Source: an uncultured Candidatus Peribacteria bacterium
Lineage (GTDB): Bacteria > Patescibacteriota > Gracilibacteria > JAHISY01
DNA: 64,000 bases
Direction of reading: 5' to 3'
Assembly: GCA_964452725.1 (NCBI GenBank)
Contig: CAYVMX010000001.1
Span: 40,395-104,394 of the forward strand
Below are positions 9,196-18,353 of this stretch, piece by piece. A model generated the notes under the pieces. It did not search any database and was not told the DNA's origin. It saw only the letters and a list, made by a program, of their open reading frames with translations. Every line of letters starts with the position of its first letter. Position 1 is the first letter of the stretch. The position numbers were made by a program, and so were the translations under genes.

Positions 9196-11373
9196 TTAGC
9201 TCAGTCCTACGGGTGTAGTGCCTGTCGCCTTTACAAAGTCTTTACCGTAGCCTTTTTCCGTTAGGCGGTTGTCTAGCACGATCAGCTGTTGGTCGGCAGG
9301 TTTTTCGGCTACATGAGCTAGTCCGACCCAGAGTTTTCGGAAGGTAAGCACGGCCTCGGGTAGTGTCTCGGTGCTCCAGTCGGCGTCATCGCGGACGACG
9401 AACTTGAATTTTACGAGTATTACATTGCGACAACGGTCGGGTAGGTGCTCGCCAGTCGTGAGGTAGGCAGCTGTCTCGTGTGCTTTTAGCTCGACTTTGA
9501 TTTTGCCTTGACTGCCTGTCAGACGCGGGGAAAAGAGCGGTCGAGTGACTTTGGTCTGAGCTTTGTCAAAGAACTGCCGGAGTGCGTACTGACCAGCGAA
9601 GACGACAGTCGTGATGCCGGGTAAAGTATTCAAAAGTTCGACGAGTTTGGCCTCGCTCGTAGCGACGAAGCTCGGTTCGTTCGGCGCAGGGAGTCCGGTC
9701 ACGGTCACGAGCGCACAGTCGGTAGCTGTGGCTTCGGCACTGATAGTGGTGGTGGTAGGAGGTAGTCCGAGTAGGCGAAGTGTGTAATTAAAATTGTCTG
9801 GTGTGGTGGTGAGTGCTGTGCCTATACAGATTGCTTTGAGCTTTGTGATTAGTTTGCCGATTTGCTCTGGCTGTCGGACTGGCTCTAGTACTAGTGTGAT
9901 CTCACTGGCGGCATTTGTTCGTAGTTGGCGTAGATAGCCGCTCTCGTCGTTCAGCCAAAGCTCTAGGGCAGCAGTGACACTCGGTGGTAGTGTCGCACGT
10001 GCTTCTGCGAGGAATTTTCGTCCTGTCTCACGTACGGAGGTGTAGTTTTTTAGACCTGTGATTTGAGAGAGCTCTACACGTCCGTATTTGGGTTCGGCTG
10101 CTCGTAGTAGTAGTCCGAGTAGACCCCACCAGATCGTCAGTGTGTCCTCGTGAGCAGGTGCGAGCGTAGCGAGCGTCGGTAGGTCGAGTACGAAGCGATC
10201 GGTCTGTACGAGGCTCTCTGGCAGTCGTAGCACACTCGTGATGACAGTGGCGCGCCCTGGAGTCGCTATAGTCGGCAGGCTGGCATGATCGGTCAGTAAG
10301 ATCCTTGACTCAGTCGGAGGCTGTACTGGCTCTGTGCTGGCGACGAAGTCCCAGAGATAACGCTGGGCACGAGTGAGATTGAACTCCCAAAAGTTGGCTC
10401 TTGGGTGGAGGAGCAGCTTGGCGACAAAAGGGGCTTCGGCAGCAGTCAGTGTGCGCTTAGTGAGAGTTTGGACTTTGCCACTGTCGGGGTAGTAGTACGG
10501 TGCGAAGACTGTCGGTAGATCGTACTGCTCTGCTAGTAGTCGGGCAGTATAGTGGTGACTTGTGGCGAGGAGTACAGGTTTTTCACTTGCCAGTAGCGTG
10601 GCGGTCAGCTCCTCGGCTGAGGTGGGTGTTTCGAGCAGGGCAGGGGAGTCGCTGGCGAGCAGAGTGGTGAGCTGGGTAGCGAGTTGCTGGTTTGGTTCAA
10701 AAATCCCCTCTGTTCGTCCTGCCGTTGGCGGGACTTGCTTCTCCTCTTTTTCAAGGGGAGGTTTGGGAGGATTTTCTTGCGCTATTGTCTGTACTAGCTG
10801 CGCAAAATTACTTAGCCACTTTGGTTCAGGAGCGTTTAGCTGCTCGATCTGTTGCCAGATTTGCTGGTCATGTCCAGCACCGATCTCGATTAGCTTGTGA
10901 AAGAGATCACGTGTCGCCTCGGCATCGGCCAGTGCGCGGTGAGCCTCGGTATGGAGTACACCAAACTGGTCTGCCAGTGCTGCGAGTGACAGACTACCGA
11001 CACGTTGGAGCACTAGGCTCGCGAGATCGAAAGTGTCGAAGCTTGGTAGCGCCGACAGATCTAGACCATGACTGGCAAGGAAACCGACATCAAACTTAAT
11101 ATTGTGACCGATCAGCGTGCTGCCAGCACAAAACTCTCGCAACTCTGCGAGCTTTTCACCAAACTGTGGTGCGGTCAGTAGTTCTTCATTCTGAATGCCT
11201 GTCAGTCGCTCAACGAAGGCGGGAATCTGAACATTGGGATTGAATAAACTATCGAAAGTCTCCAAATTATCCGTCAGCGTAAATTTAGTTGCGCCGACTT
11301 CGATTATTTTATCCTTGGTAGCGTCTAAGCCTGTGGTTTCGCAGTCGAGCGCTACGAAGGTGATTGCTTGCAT
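9196..11373 (-). CDS. DnaQ-type 3'-5' exonuclease fused to a DinG-like helicase-like domain with degenerate motifs
   Basis: N-terminal Exo I-III motifs are present: FVALDCETTGL, GHNIKFDVGFL and HRALADAEAT. The C-terminal ~550 aa follow the DinG layout, but the expected Walker A and DEAH positions read LLETPTSAEEL and FVLDLPTLA. Confidence 0.65.
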   Translation of the reverse strand: MQAITFVALDCETTGLDATKDKIIEVGATKFTLTDNLETFDSLFNPNVQIPAFVERLTGIQNEELLTAPQFGEKLAELREFCAGSTLIGHNIKFDVGFLASHGLDLSALPSFDTFDLASLVLQRVGSLSLAALADQFGVLHTEAHRALADAEATRDLFHKLIEIGAGHDQQIWQQIEQLNAPEPKWLSNFAQLVQTIAQENPPKPPLEKEEKQVPPTAGRTEGIFEPNQQLATQLTTLLASDSPALLETPTSAEELTATLLASEKPVLLATSHHYTARLLAEQYDLPTVFAPYYYPDSGKVQTLTKRTLTAAEAPFVAKLLLHPRANFWEFNLTRAQRYLWDFVASTEPVQPPTESRILLTDHASLPTIATPGRATVITSVLRLPESLVQTDRFVLDLPTLATLAPAHEDTLTIWWGLLGLLLRAAEPKYGRVELSQITGLKNYTSVRETGRKFLAEARATLPPSVTAALELWLNDESGYLRQLRTNAASEITLVLEPVRQPEQIGKLITKLKAICIGTALTTTPDNFNYTLRLLGLPPTTTTISAEATATDCALVTVTGLPAPNEPSFVATSEAKLVELLNTLPGITTVVFAGQYALRQFFDKAQTKVTRPLFSPRLTGSQGKIKVELKAHETAAYLTTGEHLPDRCRNVILVKFKFVVRDDADWSTETLPEAVLTFRKLWVGLAHVAEKPADQQLIVLDNRLTEKGYGKDFVKATGTTPVGLS

Positions 11374-11601
11374 AAAAAATGTGTTAATTGATTTTTCATC
11401 AAGGAGCTTAATCCGTCGAGTCGAGTTTGGCTATAGGGCAACTTGCGACAGGACTGGTCAATGTCAAAAAGCTTGCTCTGTTTTGGAGAATTTCCTAAAT
11501 TGCGACTCCGCTCTCGATCGGGCAAAAATCTCAACGACTGAATACAAAAGTAGCTCATAGGTCTTGTTTCAAGACTTCTCATAACTTAAGCTCTGCCAAC
11601 C

Positions 11602-13020
11602 TTGGATCTCAAAAACACTTGGCTTACCGTACTGCACCGTCTCGAACCGACGCTGCCGCGTGCCAAGTTTTTGACTTGGTTTCGCAACACAGCGATCCTC
11701 GATATCGCTGGTGCGACGCTCACTGTCGGTGTGCCGACAGCCTTCGCTCGTGACTGGCTCCACTCCAAGTATGCTCTCAAAATCCTCCAAGCTCTCCAAG
11801 AGCAGCTCAAAGATATCAAAGAGCTGGAGTTTGCAGTCGATGCGCTGCTTGCCGATGGCAATGATCCTCGTACGGTCAACTTACAGGCAGTTTTCTCCGA
11901 CCCCAAGGACAAAAAAATTCGTAAAGTCGCTGGACGCGAAGAAGTCTCTGTCACGACCGAAGGACTCCGTTCAGCGCGACTCAATCCGCGTTACACGCTC
12001 GCCAACTTCATCTCTGGCGATGAAAACCGCCTCGCTCACGCCGCCGGACTCTCTGTCGCGCGCCTACCAGGTCAGACCTACAACCCGCTCTTCATCTATG
12101 GTGGGGTTGGACTCGGCAAGACGCACCTCCTCAGTGCGATTGGTCATGAAGTTATCACCAACGATCCCAACAAAGTCGTCGTCTATCTCACTGCTGAAAT
12201 GTTTACCAACGAATACATCTCCGCAGTCAAGAAAATGCAACTCGACCGCTTCAAACAAAAATACCGCAGTACCGATGTCTTGCTTGTCGACGATATTCAG
12301 ATGCTGGAGTCCAAGACCAAAACCCAAGAAGAGTTCTTCAACGTCTTTAATACACTCCACAACGCCGGTAAACAGATCGTCATTACTTCTGACAGACCAC
12401 CAGCCGAGCTGACCGGTATCATGGCGCGACTCCAGAGTCGTCTGACGTGGGGACTCGTCACCGAGATCGAGCAACCGAGCTACGAGAGCCGCCTCGCAAT
12501 CCTCAAGGCCAAAACCCAAGAGCGTCGTGCGATCCTCGATCCAGAGGTGCTCGACTTCATCGCGATGAATGTCTCCGACTCTGTCCGCAGTCTCGAAGGT
12601 GTCCTAGTCCGTGCACTAGCCGAAGCCGATCTACTACATACACAGCCGACAGTTCGTAGTCTGGGCAAAATCCTCGAAAAACTCCACAAAAAAGAGCGTA
12701 TCATTGGTCTACCCGAGTCTGCACCAGATATCCAGATCAAAACACCAGAGGCGATGATTCAATTCGTCGCTGAATACTTCGAGATCAGCTTAGATGATCT
12801 ACTCGGCTCGTCTCGCTGTCGTGAGTATAGTCAGCCGCGCCAGATTGCCATGTATCTCAGTCGTGAGGTACTCGGTCTCAGTTTGGTGACGATTGCTCAG
12901 CATTTTCGCCGGACGCATGTCACAGTCCAGTATGCTGTCCGCAAGATCAAGACCGACCTCAAAAAAAACTCTGCCCTTGTCCGCCAAGTCAATGGTGTGA
13001 AGCAGGAGTTGGGACTTTAG
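11602..13020 (+). CDS. dnaA: Chromosomal replication initiator protein DnaA
   Basis: AAA+ Walker A GGVGLGKTHLL, Walker B LLVDDIQ, and a C-terminal DNA-binding domain (...RQIAMYLSRE...HTTV-like HVTVQYA). TTG start at 11602. Confidence 0.93.
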   Translation: MDLKNTWLTVLHRLEPTLPRAKFLTWFRNTAILDIAGATLTVGVPTAFARDWLHSKYALKILQALQEQLKDIKELEFAVDALLADGNDPRTVNLQAVFSDPKDKKIRKVAGREEVSVTTEGLRSARLNPRYTLANFISGDENRLAHAAGLSVARLPGQTYNPLFIYGGVGLGKTHLLSAIGHEVITNDPNKVVVYLTAEMFTNEYISAVKKMQLDRFKQKYRSTDVLLVDDIQMLESKTKTQEEFFNVFNTLHNAGKQIVITSDRPPAELTGIMARLQSRLTWGLVTEIEQPSYESRLAILKAKTQERRAILDPEVLDFIAMNVSDSVRSLEGVLVRALAEADLLHTQPTVRSLGKILEKLHKKERIIGLPESAPDIQIKTPEAMIQFVAEYFEISLDDLLGSSRCREYSQPRQIAMYLSREVLGLSLVTIAQHFRRTHVTVQYAVRKIKTDLKKNSALVRQVNGVKQELGL

Positions 13021-13180
13021 GCTCCTCTATACTTTGTCTTTTTACTTGGTAGAGGTTTTCGTTTTGCTATCTCTGAGATTGGGTCTAGGGTTAGTCTTTC
13101 CATTACATCTGTACAAGCTCGGCGGATTTTTTTTATTAGTATTTGTACCGATGGTGGTAGATGCTCGGAGGTGGGGTTTT

Positions 13181-13210
13181 CTGACATTGACATGAGATGA
13201 GTGTTAAAAT
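13181..13210 (+). promoter_or_regulatory. Candidate promoter of gatB
   Basis: CTGACA (13181-13186), 18-nt spacer, then TGtTAAAAT (13202-13210). Confidence 0.4.
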
Positions 13211-13242
13211 TAGTACAGTATTTTAATTAGTCTCTTTACTTT

Positions 13243-14676
13243 TTGCAACTCGAAGTAATCATCGGTCTCGAAATCCACGCTCAGATTGCAAGCAAAACGA
13301 AGATGTTTTGTAGCTGTGACAACGACGCTTTTGGCAAAGAGCCAAATACAAAGATCTGTCCAGTCTGTACGGGTCAGCCAGGTACACTGCCCGTGCCCAA
13401 CCGTACTGCCGTGGAGCTCGGTGTGAAGGCGGCGCTCGCGCTCGGCTGTACGATCCCATCTCATGCGAAGTTCGATCGGAAGAACTACTTCTACCCTGAT
13501 CTACCAGCGGGCTATCAGATCAGTCAGTTCGACGAACCCGTGAGCGAAAAAGGCTCGGTCGAGATCGTCCTAAGCAGCGGCGAGCAAAAAAAGATCGGTG
13601 TCACACGACTACATCTGGAGAATGACGCTGGCAAGCTAACCCACGTCGGTCAGTGGAGCCTGTGCGACTACAACCGCGCTGGTACACCGCTCATGGAGAT
13701 CGTGTCCGAGCCAGATCTACGTAGTGCCGAGCAGGCGCGGCTCTACGCCGAGGAGGTCGCCCGCATTGTTCAGTTCGTCGGAGCGAGCAAGGCTGACATG
13801 TACAAAGGCGAGCTACGCTTCGACGCGTCGGTCTCGCTCCGTCCAGTCGGGGAGGATCAGCTTTACCCCCGTGCCGAGATCAAAAACCTCAACTCTTTCA
13901 AAGCGCTGGAGTCGGCGATCAACTACGAGATCGCGCGTCAGACACAGCTCTGGGAGACCGACAAGGTACCAGATAAGGAGACTACGATCGGCTGGAACGA
14001 TGAGAAAGGCGAGACTTACCTCATGCGCGAGAAGGAGTCGGCGGCGGACTACCGTTACTTCCCCGAGCCAGATATCCCACCGCTTACGTTTGACACCGCA
14101 CAGATAGCAAAGTGGCGCAAAGAGCTACCCGAGCTGCCGCTGGCGCGGCGCGCGCGCTTCGTCCAAGAGTACAAAGTCAGCGAACAAGACGCCGAGACAC
14201 TGACGAGCTCAAAAGAGCTGGCGGATTATTACGAAGCAGTAGTGAAAGTTTCAAAAGATGCGAAGAAAGCGACCGGCTGGGTGACGACCGAGCTACTCGC
14301 CCGTATGAAAGAGGCTGGTCTCACGAGCGTCGCCGAGCAAAAAGTCTCCGCGGAAAGCCTCGGCAAATTAGTAAGTTTAATCATCGATGGTACGATCAGT
14401 GGCAAGATTGCCAAAGAAGTTTTCTCAGAGATGTGGGAGAGCGGCACAGATCCCGAGCAGATCATTGAAAAGCAAGGACTCAAGCAAGTCTCCGACACTG
14501 GTGCGATCACACAGTTCGTCGATCAGGTGCTCGCGGAGAATGAAAAAGTCGTCGCCGACTTCAAAGCTGGTAAAGGCAACGCCCTCGGCTTCCTCGTCGG
14601 ACAGGTGATGAAAGTCTCCAAAGGGCAGGCGAATCCCAAGCTAGTGAATGAACTCTTGAATCAGAAATTAAAATGA
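13243..14676 (+). CDS. gatB: Asp/Glu-tRNA amidotransferase subunit B
   Basis: The N-terminus has VIGLEIHAQI and the CxxC-type CPVCTGQPGTLP. The length (477 aa) and GatB/YqeY-like C-terminus fit. TTG start. Confidence 0.92.
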   Translation: MQLEVIIGLEIHAQIASKTKMFCSCDNDAFGKEPNTKICPVCTGQPGTLPVPNRTAVELGVKAALALGCTIPSHAKFDRKNYFYPDLPAGYQISQFDEPVSEKGSVEIVLSSGEQKKIGVTRLHLENDAGKLTHVGQWSLCDYNRAGTPLMEIVSEPDLRSAEQARLYAEEVARIVQFVGASKADMYKGELRFDASVSLRPVGEDQLYPRAEIKNLNSFKALESAINYEIARQTQLWETDKVPDKETTIGWNDEKGETYLMREKESAADYRYFPEPDIPPLTFDTAQIAKWRKELPELPLARRARFVQEYKVSEQDAETLTSSKELADYYEAVVKVSKDAKKATGWVTTELLARMKEAGLTSVAEQKVSAESLGKLVSLIIDGTISGKIAKEVFSEMWESGTDPEQIIEKQGLKQVSDTGAITQFVDQVLAENEKVVADFKAGKGNALGFLVGQVMKVSKGQANPKLVNELLNQKLK

Positions 14677-14888
14677 AAGTAGCCTTCTCTCACCATGCTC
14701 GTCTGCGTTGTCGGCAGCGTGGTATCAGTCAGTCGGCAGTAAAGCGAGTGCTCAAAGATCCAGAAATTACTTACACTGGTAAAAGTGGTGAGCAAAATGC
14801 AGTCGCCAAGATTGATGGTGCGCGAGTGAGAGTGGTCTTTTTTGCCGAGCTTGATTGTGCTAGGATTATTACAGTTATCCGCCTATGA
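14673..14888 (+). CDS. DUF4258-like small protein (putative toxin of a DUF4258/DUF2283 pair)
   Basis: 71 aa. HARLRCRQRGISQSAVKRVL matches the H-A-x-x-R-x-x-x-R-G-I signature of DUF4258, and the C-terminus is ...RIITVIRL. Its ATG overlaps the gatB stop (ATGA). Confidence 0.6.
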   Translation: MKVAFSHHARLRCRQRGISQSAVKRVLKDPEITYTGKSGEQNAVAKIDGARVRVVFFAELDCARIITVIRL

Positions 14889-15097
14889 AAGCTACTTATG
14901 ATCCCACTGTCGATGCTTTGTACTTGCAAGTGCAAAAGAAGCCTGTGAAGAAAACAGTCAATCCTTCAGAGTATTGTTTTGTAGATTTGGACATGAGGGG
15001 AGAGGTAGTTGGTATCGAAATGCTGTTTGCGAGCAAACGAAAACTAGTAGATAAAAATGGTGGAATTAAAATCGAAAAACTTTTAATTACTGCCTAA
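14885..15097 (+). CDS. DUF2283-like small protein (putative antitoxin partner)
   Basis: 70 aa. YDPTVDALYLQV...GEVVGIEMLFASK matches the DUF2283 pattern (YDxxxDxLYI...GxxVGIEIL). ATGA overlap with the preceding gene. Confidence 0.6.
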   Translation: MKATYDPTVDALYLQVQKKPVKKTVNPSEYCFVDLDMRGEVVGIEMLFASKRKLVDKNGGIKIEKLLITA

Positions 15098-15364
15098 ATG
15101 TTTGAAACCTCAGCCGACATCTTGAATATCGCGCTTGCCATTGGTTTTAGCTTGATCGCGATTTTCCTTTCGATCGCTTTGTTCTACGCGATCTTCGTCT
15201 TGCGCGATCTCGGCGAGACGACGAAGGCTCTGAAGCACACAGCCAATCAGGTCGACAGTCTGCTCGTCCAGCCGACGAAGATTCTTTCCTTCCTTTTTGA
15301 CAAAGTCCGCGACGTTGCCTCACTAGTCGAGGGGCAGCTCGCCACGAAACGCCGTAAAAAATAG
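15098..15364 (+). CDS. Small membrane protein (DUF948-like)
   Basis: 88 aa with one N-terminal TM (ILNIALAIGFSLIAIFLSIALFYAIFVL) followed by a helical segment. It starts immediately after the preceding stop. Confidence 0.4.
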   Translation: MFETSADILNIALAIGFSLIAIFLSIALFYAIFVLRDLGETTKALKHTANQVDSLLVQPTKILSFLFDKVRDVASLVEGQLATKRRKK

Positions 15365-15446
15365 CGTTTAAGCGATTTGATTTTTGTCAAAATTTCTGCT
15401 ATAATAATATGAACGCTACAGATATGTAGACTATAGCGTTTTGAAG

Positions 15447-16286
15447 TTATTTTTCGCTCGGAGCGAGCTGTCGCAGGGCAGTGAGGAGTTTTTGCCAGTC
15501 GGCGATTGTCAAATTCTCTGGTCGTAGCTCGGGGTCGACTCCTGACTCGGCGAGGATTTGCTGCGAAATATCTTTGGCATAGGGGAGTCCGGCTGTCAGA
15601 CTGCCGCCGATCTTCTTCCTCGGCGCGCGGAAGCCCGCGTGAATGAGGTCAAAAAAATCAGCTAAATCTGCCGTAGGTATGAGCGGTCGGGGCAGGAGCT
15701 TCACGCGGATCACAGCCGACTCTACTTTTGGTTGTGGCAGGAAGCTCTCGCGTGGCACACGACAGATCAGCTCAGCCGTACCAAAGATTTTTACCTGCAA
15801 GGAAAGCACCGAGAGTTTTTTGGTATTACAGATTTTTTCTGCGACCTCGCGCTGGATCAGCAGTACGGTCGTCTCAGGGCGACTGACCGTCTCGACGAAG
15901 AACTGTCGCAGGATCGGTGAGGTGAGATAGTAGGGGATATTCGCGACGAGTTTGTACTTATCAGCTGGTGGTTCGTACTTGCGTACGTCGAGGTTTTGTA
16001 GCTCTACATTTTCCACACCCACGAGGTTCGCCGTCAGAGCTGGGTAGATCTCGCGGTCGTACTCGAGTGCTGTCACTTGTCCGGCGTTTTTCGCTAGTTC
16101 ACGCGTCAGCGTACCCAGACCCGCACCGATCTCGACGACGTGATCCGATTCGCTCAGCTCCGCAGCAGCGACTATGCTGTCGAGCACAGCTTCATTTACG
16201 AGGAAATTCTGCCCAAATTTTTTATTGGGAGAGAGTCCATGAGTACGGAGAAAGTCAGCGAGCTTGGTGCTGTCTGCGAGATTCAC
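15447..16286 (-). CDS. rsmA: 16S rRNA (adenine1518/1519-N6)-dimethyltransferase
   Basis: KKFGQNFLVN and the SAM motif VVEIGAGLGTLT. 279 aa. Confidence 0.9.
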   Translation of the reverse strand: MNLADSTKLADFLRTHGLSPNKKFGQNFLVNEAVLDSIVAAAELSESDHVVEIGAGLGTLTRELAKNAGQVTALEYDREIYPALTANLVGVENVELQNLDVRKYEPPADKYKLVANIPYYLTSPILRQFFVETVSRPETTVLLIQREVAEKICNTKKLSVLSLQVKIFGTAELICRVPRESFLPQPKVESAVIRVKLLPRPLIPTADLADFFDLIHAGFRAPRKKIGGSLTAGLPYAKDISQQILAESGVDPELRPENLTIADWQKLLTALRQLAPSEK

Positions 16287-16567
16287 TTCTCCAGCCTCAC
16301 TAGCTTCACTGGATCTCCGCTACCCGAGAGGATCGTGATCTTATCTTTGGTCGTACCGAAGTCCTCGGCGAGGAATCGCAGCAGCTCAGCGTTGGCTTTG
16401 CCTTTCTCCGGTGTGGCGGCGATGCGGATCTTCAGCGTACCATCATCGAGCATACCCACGATCGCACTAAAAGCCGACTTGGGGATCACCTTGATCCTTA
16501 GTACTAGCCGACCACTCTTTTGGAAGTCTGCGTAGAGGCTCGTCGGAGATGGGGGAGTGTTTGGCAT
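16283..16567 (-). CDS. DUF167/YggU family protein
   Basis: 94 aa. VIPKSAFSAIVG...LKIRIAATPEKGKANAELLRFLAE is typical of YggU/UPF0235. 4-nt overlap with rsmA. Confidence 0.7.
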   Translation of the reverse strand: MPNTPPSPTSLYADFQKSGRLVLRIKVIPKSAFSAIVGMLDDGTLKIRIAATPEKGKANAELLRFLAEDFGTTKDKITILSGSGDPVKLVRLEK

Positions 16568-16596
16568 TTTAGATTTTCGATGGGAGATTTACCTGA

Positions 16597-17262
16597 TTAA
16601 TTTTTAGTTTGCTTCAATCTCCACACTCGGATTTTACCGTGATCGCCCGAGAGAAGTACAGCGGGCACTTTCCGTCCTTTATAGTTCGCGGGCTGAGTGT
16701 AGTGGGGGTACTCTTTCTTACGATCGAGAGCCAGCGAAAAGCTCTCCTCGTGTACGCTCGCAGCTTTGCCCACGACACCGGGGATCAGGCGCGCCACAGC
16801 GTCGATCACGACGAGCGCGGGTAGCTCACCACCAGTCAAGACATAGTCGCCGATACTCAGCTCCAGATCGACACACTCATCGATCCAGCGTTGATCTACG
16901 CCCTCGTAGTGTCCGCAGACGAGGATCAGTCGCTCGGCCTCTTCCGACCACTTTTCTGCGAGCGGCTGGTCGAACTTCCGTCCGCGCGGCGAGAAATACA
17001 CCACAGGGATTTTTTTTTTGCTCCGACCCTTGATTCGCTTCACTGCGTCGAAGAGCGGCTGACATGCCATGACCATACCCGCTCCACCACCAAAAGGTTT
17101 GTCATCGACCTTTCGCCATTTGTTCTGCGCGTAATCGCGGAGCTGGTGGAGTCGCACATCGACTTTTTTTAGTTTGATCGCACGTTTGAGTATGCTCGAG
17201 TCCAGCACAGAGTAGAAAGCCTCGGGGAACAGCGTGATGACATCGATACGGAGCACAGGCAA
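16597..17262 (-). CDS. trmD: tRNA (guanine37-N1)-methyltransferase
   Basis: IDVITLFPE, DDKPFGGGAGMV and GHYEGVDQR motifs. TTG start. Confidence 0.9.
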   Translation of the reverse strand: MPVLRIDVITLFPEAFYSVLDSSILKRAIKLKKVDVRLHQLRDYAQNKWRKVDDKPFGGGAGMVMACQPLFDAVKRIKGRSKKKIPVVYFSPRGRKFDQPLAEKWSEEAERLILVCGHYEGVDQRWIDECVDLELSIGDYVLTGGELPALVVIDAVARLIPGVVGKAASVHEESFSLALDRKKEYPHYTQPANYKGRKVPAVLLSGDHGKIRVWRLKQTKN

Positions 17263-17375
17263 AGGATAAAGTAGAAAGTAAAAAGTAGAAAGCCTAATGA
17301 CTTATTACTAATACAATAATTTTTGATTCTTGCAATACATTTTTTAAGAAGATTGGTAAAAAAGGCTCACTAGGG

Positions 17376-17404
17376 TTGCCCTTTTGGCTTTCTTTCGCTA
17401 AAAT
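17376..17404 (+). promoter_or_regulatory. Promoter of infA and the alpha-operon block
   Basis: TTGCCC (17376-17381), 17-nt spacer, then TAAAAT (17399-17404), followed by the GC-rich cttccggctcgg. Confidence 0.5.
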
Positions 17405-17445
17405 CTTCCGGCTCGGTTTTTACCAGAGTTGCTTTTTCCCCTTCT

Positions 17446-17820
17446 ATGGCACGTCACTTCAAACAGCAAAAACAGGTCGTCCATAAAAAGAAAAAAGGTG
17501 GCACTCCTAGAGCAGCGAAGGAAGTCATCGGTAGCCTAGGTCGCGTCGTAGAGCCGCTACCCAATGCTGAGTTCCTCGTGGAGCTCCAAGACCCTCAGTA
17601 CAATAAGTATCAGCTACGCGCTCGGATCTCCGGCAAGATGCGCATGAACAATATCAAAATCCTGCTCGGTGACTACGTGTCAGTCGAGCTAAACCCTTAC
17701 GATTTGTCTCGCGGTCGCATTACTTTCCGCCATCGCAGTAAGCCAAATATCACACCTATCACACCCACAGCAGCACCGGCAGCTCCGAGTGCTGAATCTA
17801 CCCCTCCTCCTACCAAATGA
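17446..17820 (+). CDS. infA: Translation initiation factor IF-1 with N- and C-terminal extensions
   Basis: The S1-like core reads [16 protein letters not shown]...[38 protein letters not shown]. It is flanked by a Lys-rich N-terminal extension of ~25 aa and a Pro/Ala-rich C-terminal extension of ~27 aa. Confidence 0.88.
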   Translation: MARHFKQQKQVVHKKKKGGTPRAAKEVIGSLGRVVEPLPNAEFLVELQDPQYNKYQLRARISGKMRMNNIKILLGDYVSVELNPYDLSRGRITFRHRSKPNITPITPTAAPAAPSAESTPPPTK

Positions 17821-17930
17821 AAGTCCGTGCTTCCGTCAAACCGATCTGTGATAAGTGCAAAGTGATTCGCCGCAAGGGGGTCGTACGTGTGATTTGCCAA
17901 ACTCCCAAACACAAGCAACGACAAGGTTAA
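17817..17930 (+). CDS. rpmJ: 50S ribosomal protein L36
   Basis: Not in the ORF track because it is under 60 aa. Translation gives [37 protein letters not shown], a canonical L36. Its ATG overlaps the infA stop (ATGA). Confidence 0.9.
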   Translation: MKVRASVKPICDKCKVIRRKGVVRVICQTPKHKQRQG

Positions 17931-17957
17931 GATAACTCACTAATTAATAATTGAAAG

Positions 17958-18338
17958 TTGGCTCGTATCTCTGGTATCAATCTCGCTCCAAATAAACGCA
18001 TCGTAGCAGCCCTGCTCGGTGTGGCAGGTGTCGGTCAGTCATTGGCTGCCAAGATCTGTGTCGCTGCCAACGTAGATATCAACAAAAAAGCCAAAGACCT
18101 AACAGAAGAAGAAGAAGCACGTCTGCGTAACGAAGTCGCCAAACAGCCCACAGAAGGCGATCTACGACGTCTCGTCTCCCAAAATATCAAACTCCTGCAA
18201 GACATCGGCTCCTATCGTGGTGAACGTCATCGTCGTCGGCTGCCCTGCCGTGGTCAAAAGACCAAGACCAACGCTCGTACACGTAAAGGTAAGAAAACAA
18301 CTATGGGATCTGGTCGTCGTAAAGAAGCTAAGAAATAA
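17958..18338 (+). CDS. rpsM: 30S ribosomal protein S13
   Basis: MARISGINL...GSYRGERHRRRLPCRGQKTKTNARTRKG. TTG start. Confidence 0.92.
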   Translation: MARISGINLAPNKRIVAALLGVAGVGQSLAAKICVAANVDINKKAKDLTEEEEARLRNEVAKQPTEGDLRRLVSQNIKLLQDIGSYRGERHRRRLPCRGQKTKTNARTRKGKKTTMGSGRRKEAKK

Positions 18339-18353
18339 CATTACTAAATACTA

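Noticed and set aside
11711-12412. A 233-aa Ser/Arg-rich ORF in an alternative frame of dnaA, plus minus-strand ORFs at 11586-11984 and 12064-12519.
   Set aside because: They are embedded in the clearly conserved dnaA reading frame, have low-complexity composition and carry no independent signals.
17268-17292. A tandem AAAGTAGAAAG (17268-17278 and 17282-17292) just upstream of the trmD start.
   Set aside because: This is a short purine-rich duplication in AT-rich DNA with no further copies noticed. It could be a regulatory or ribosome-contact element, but the evidence is too thin to call.
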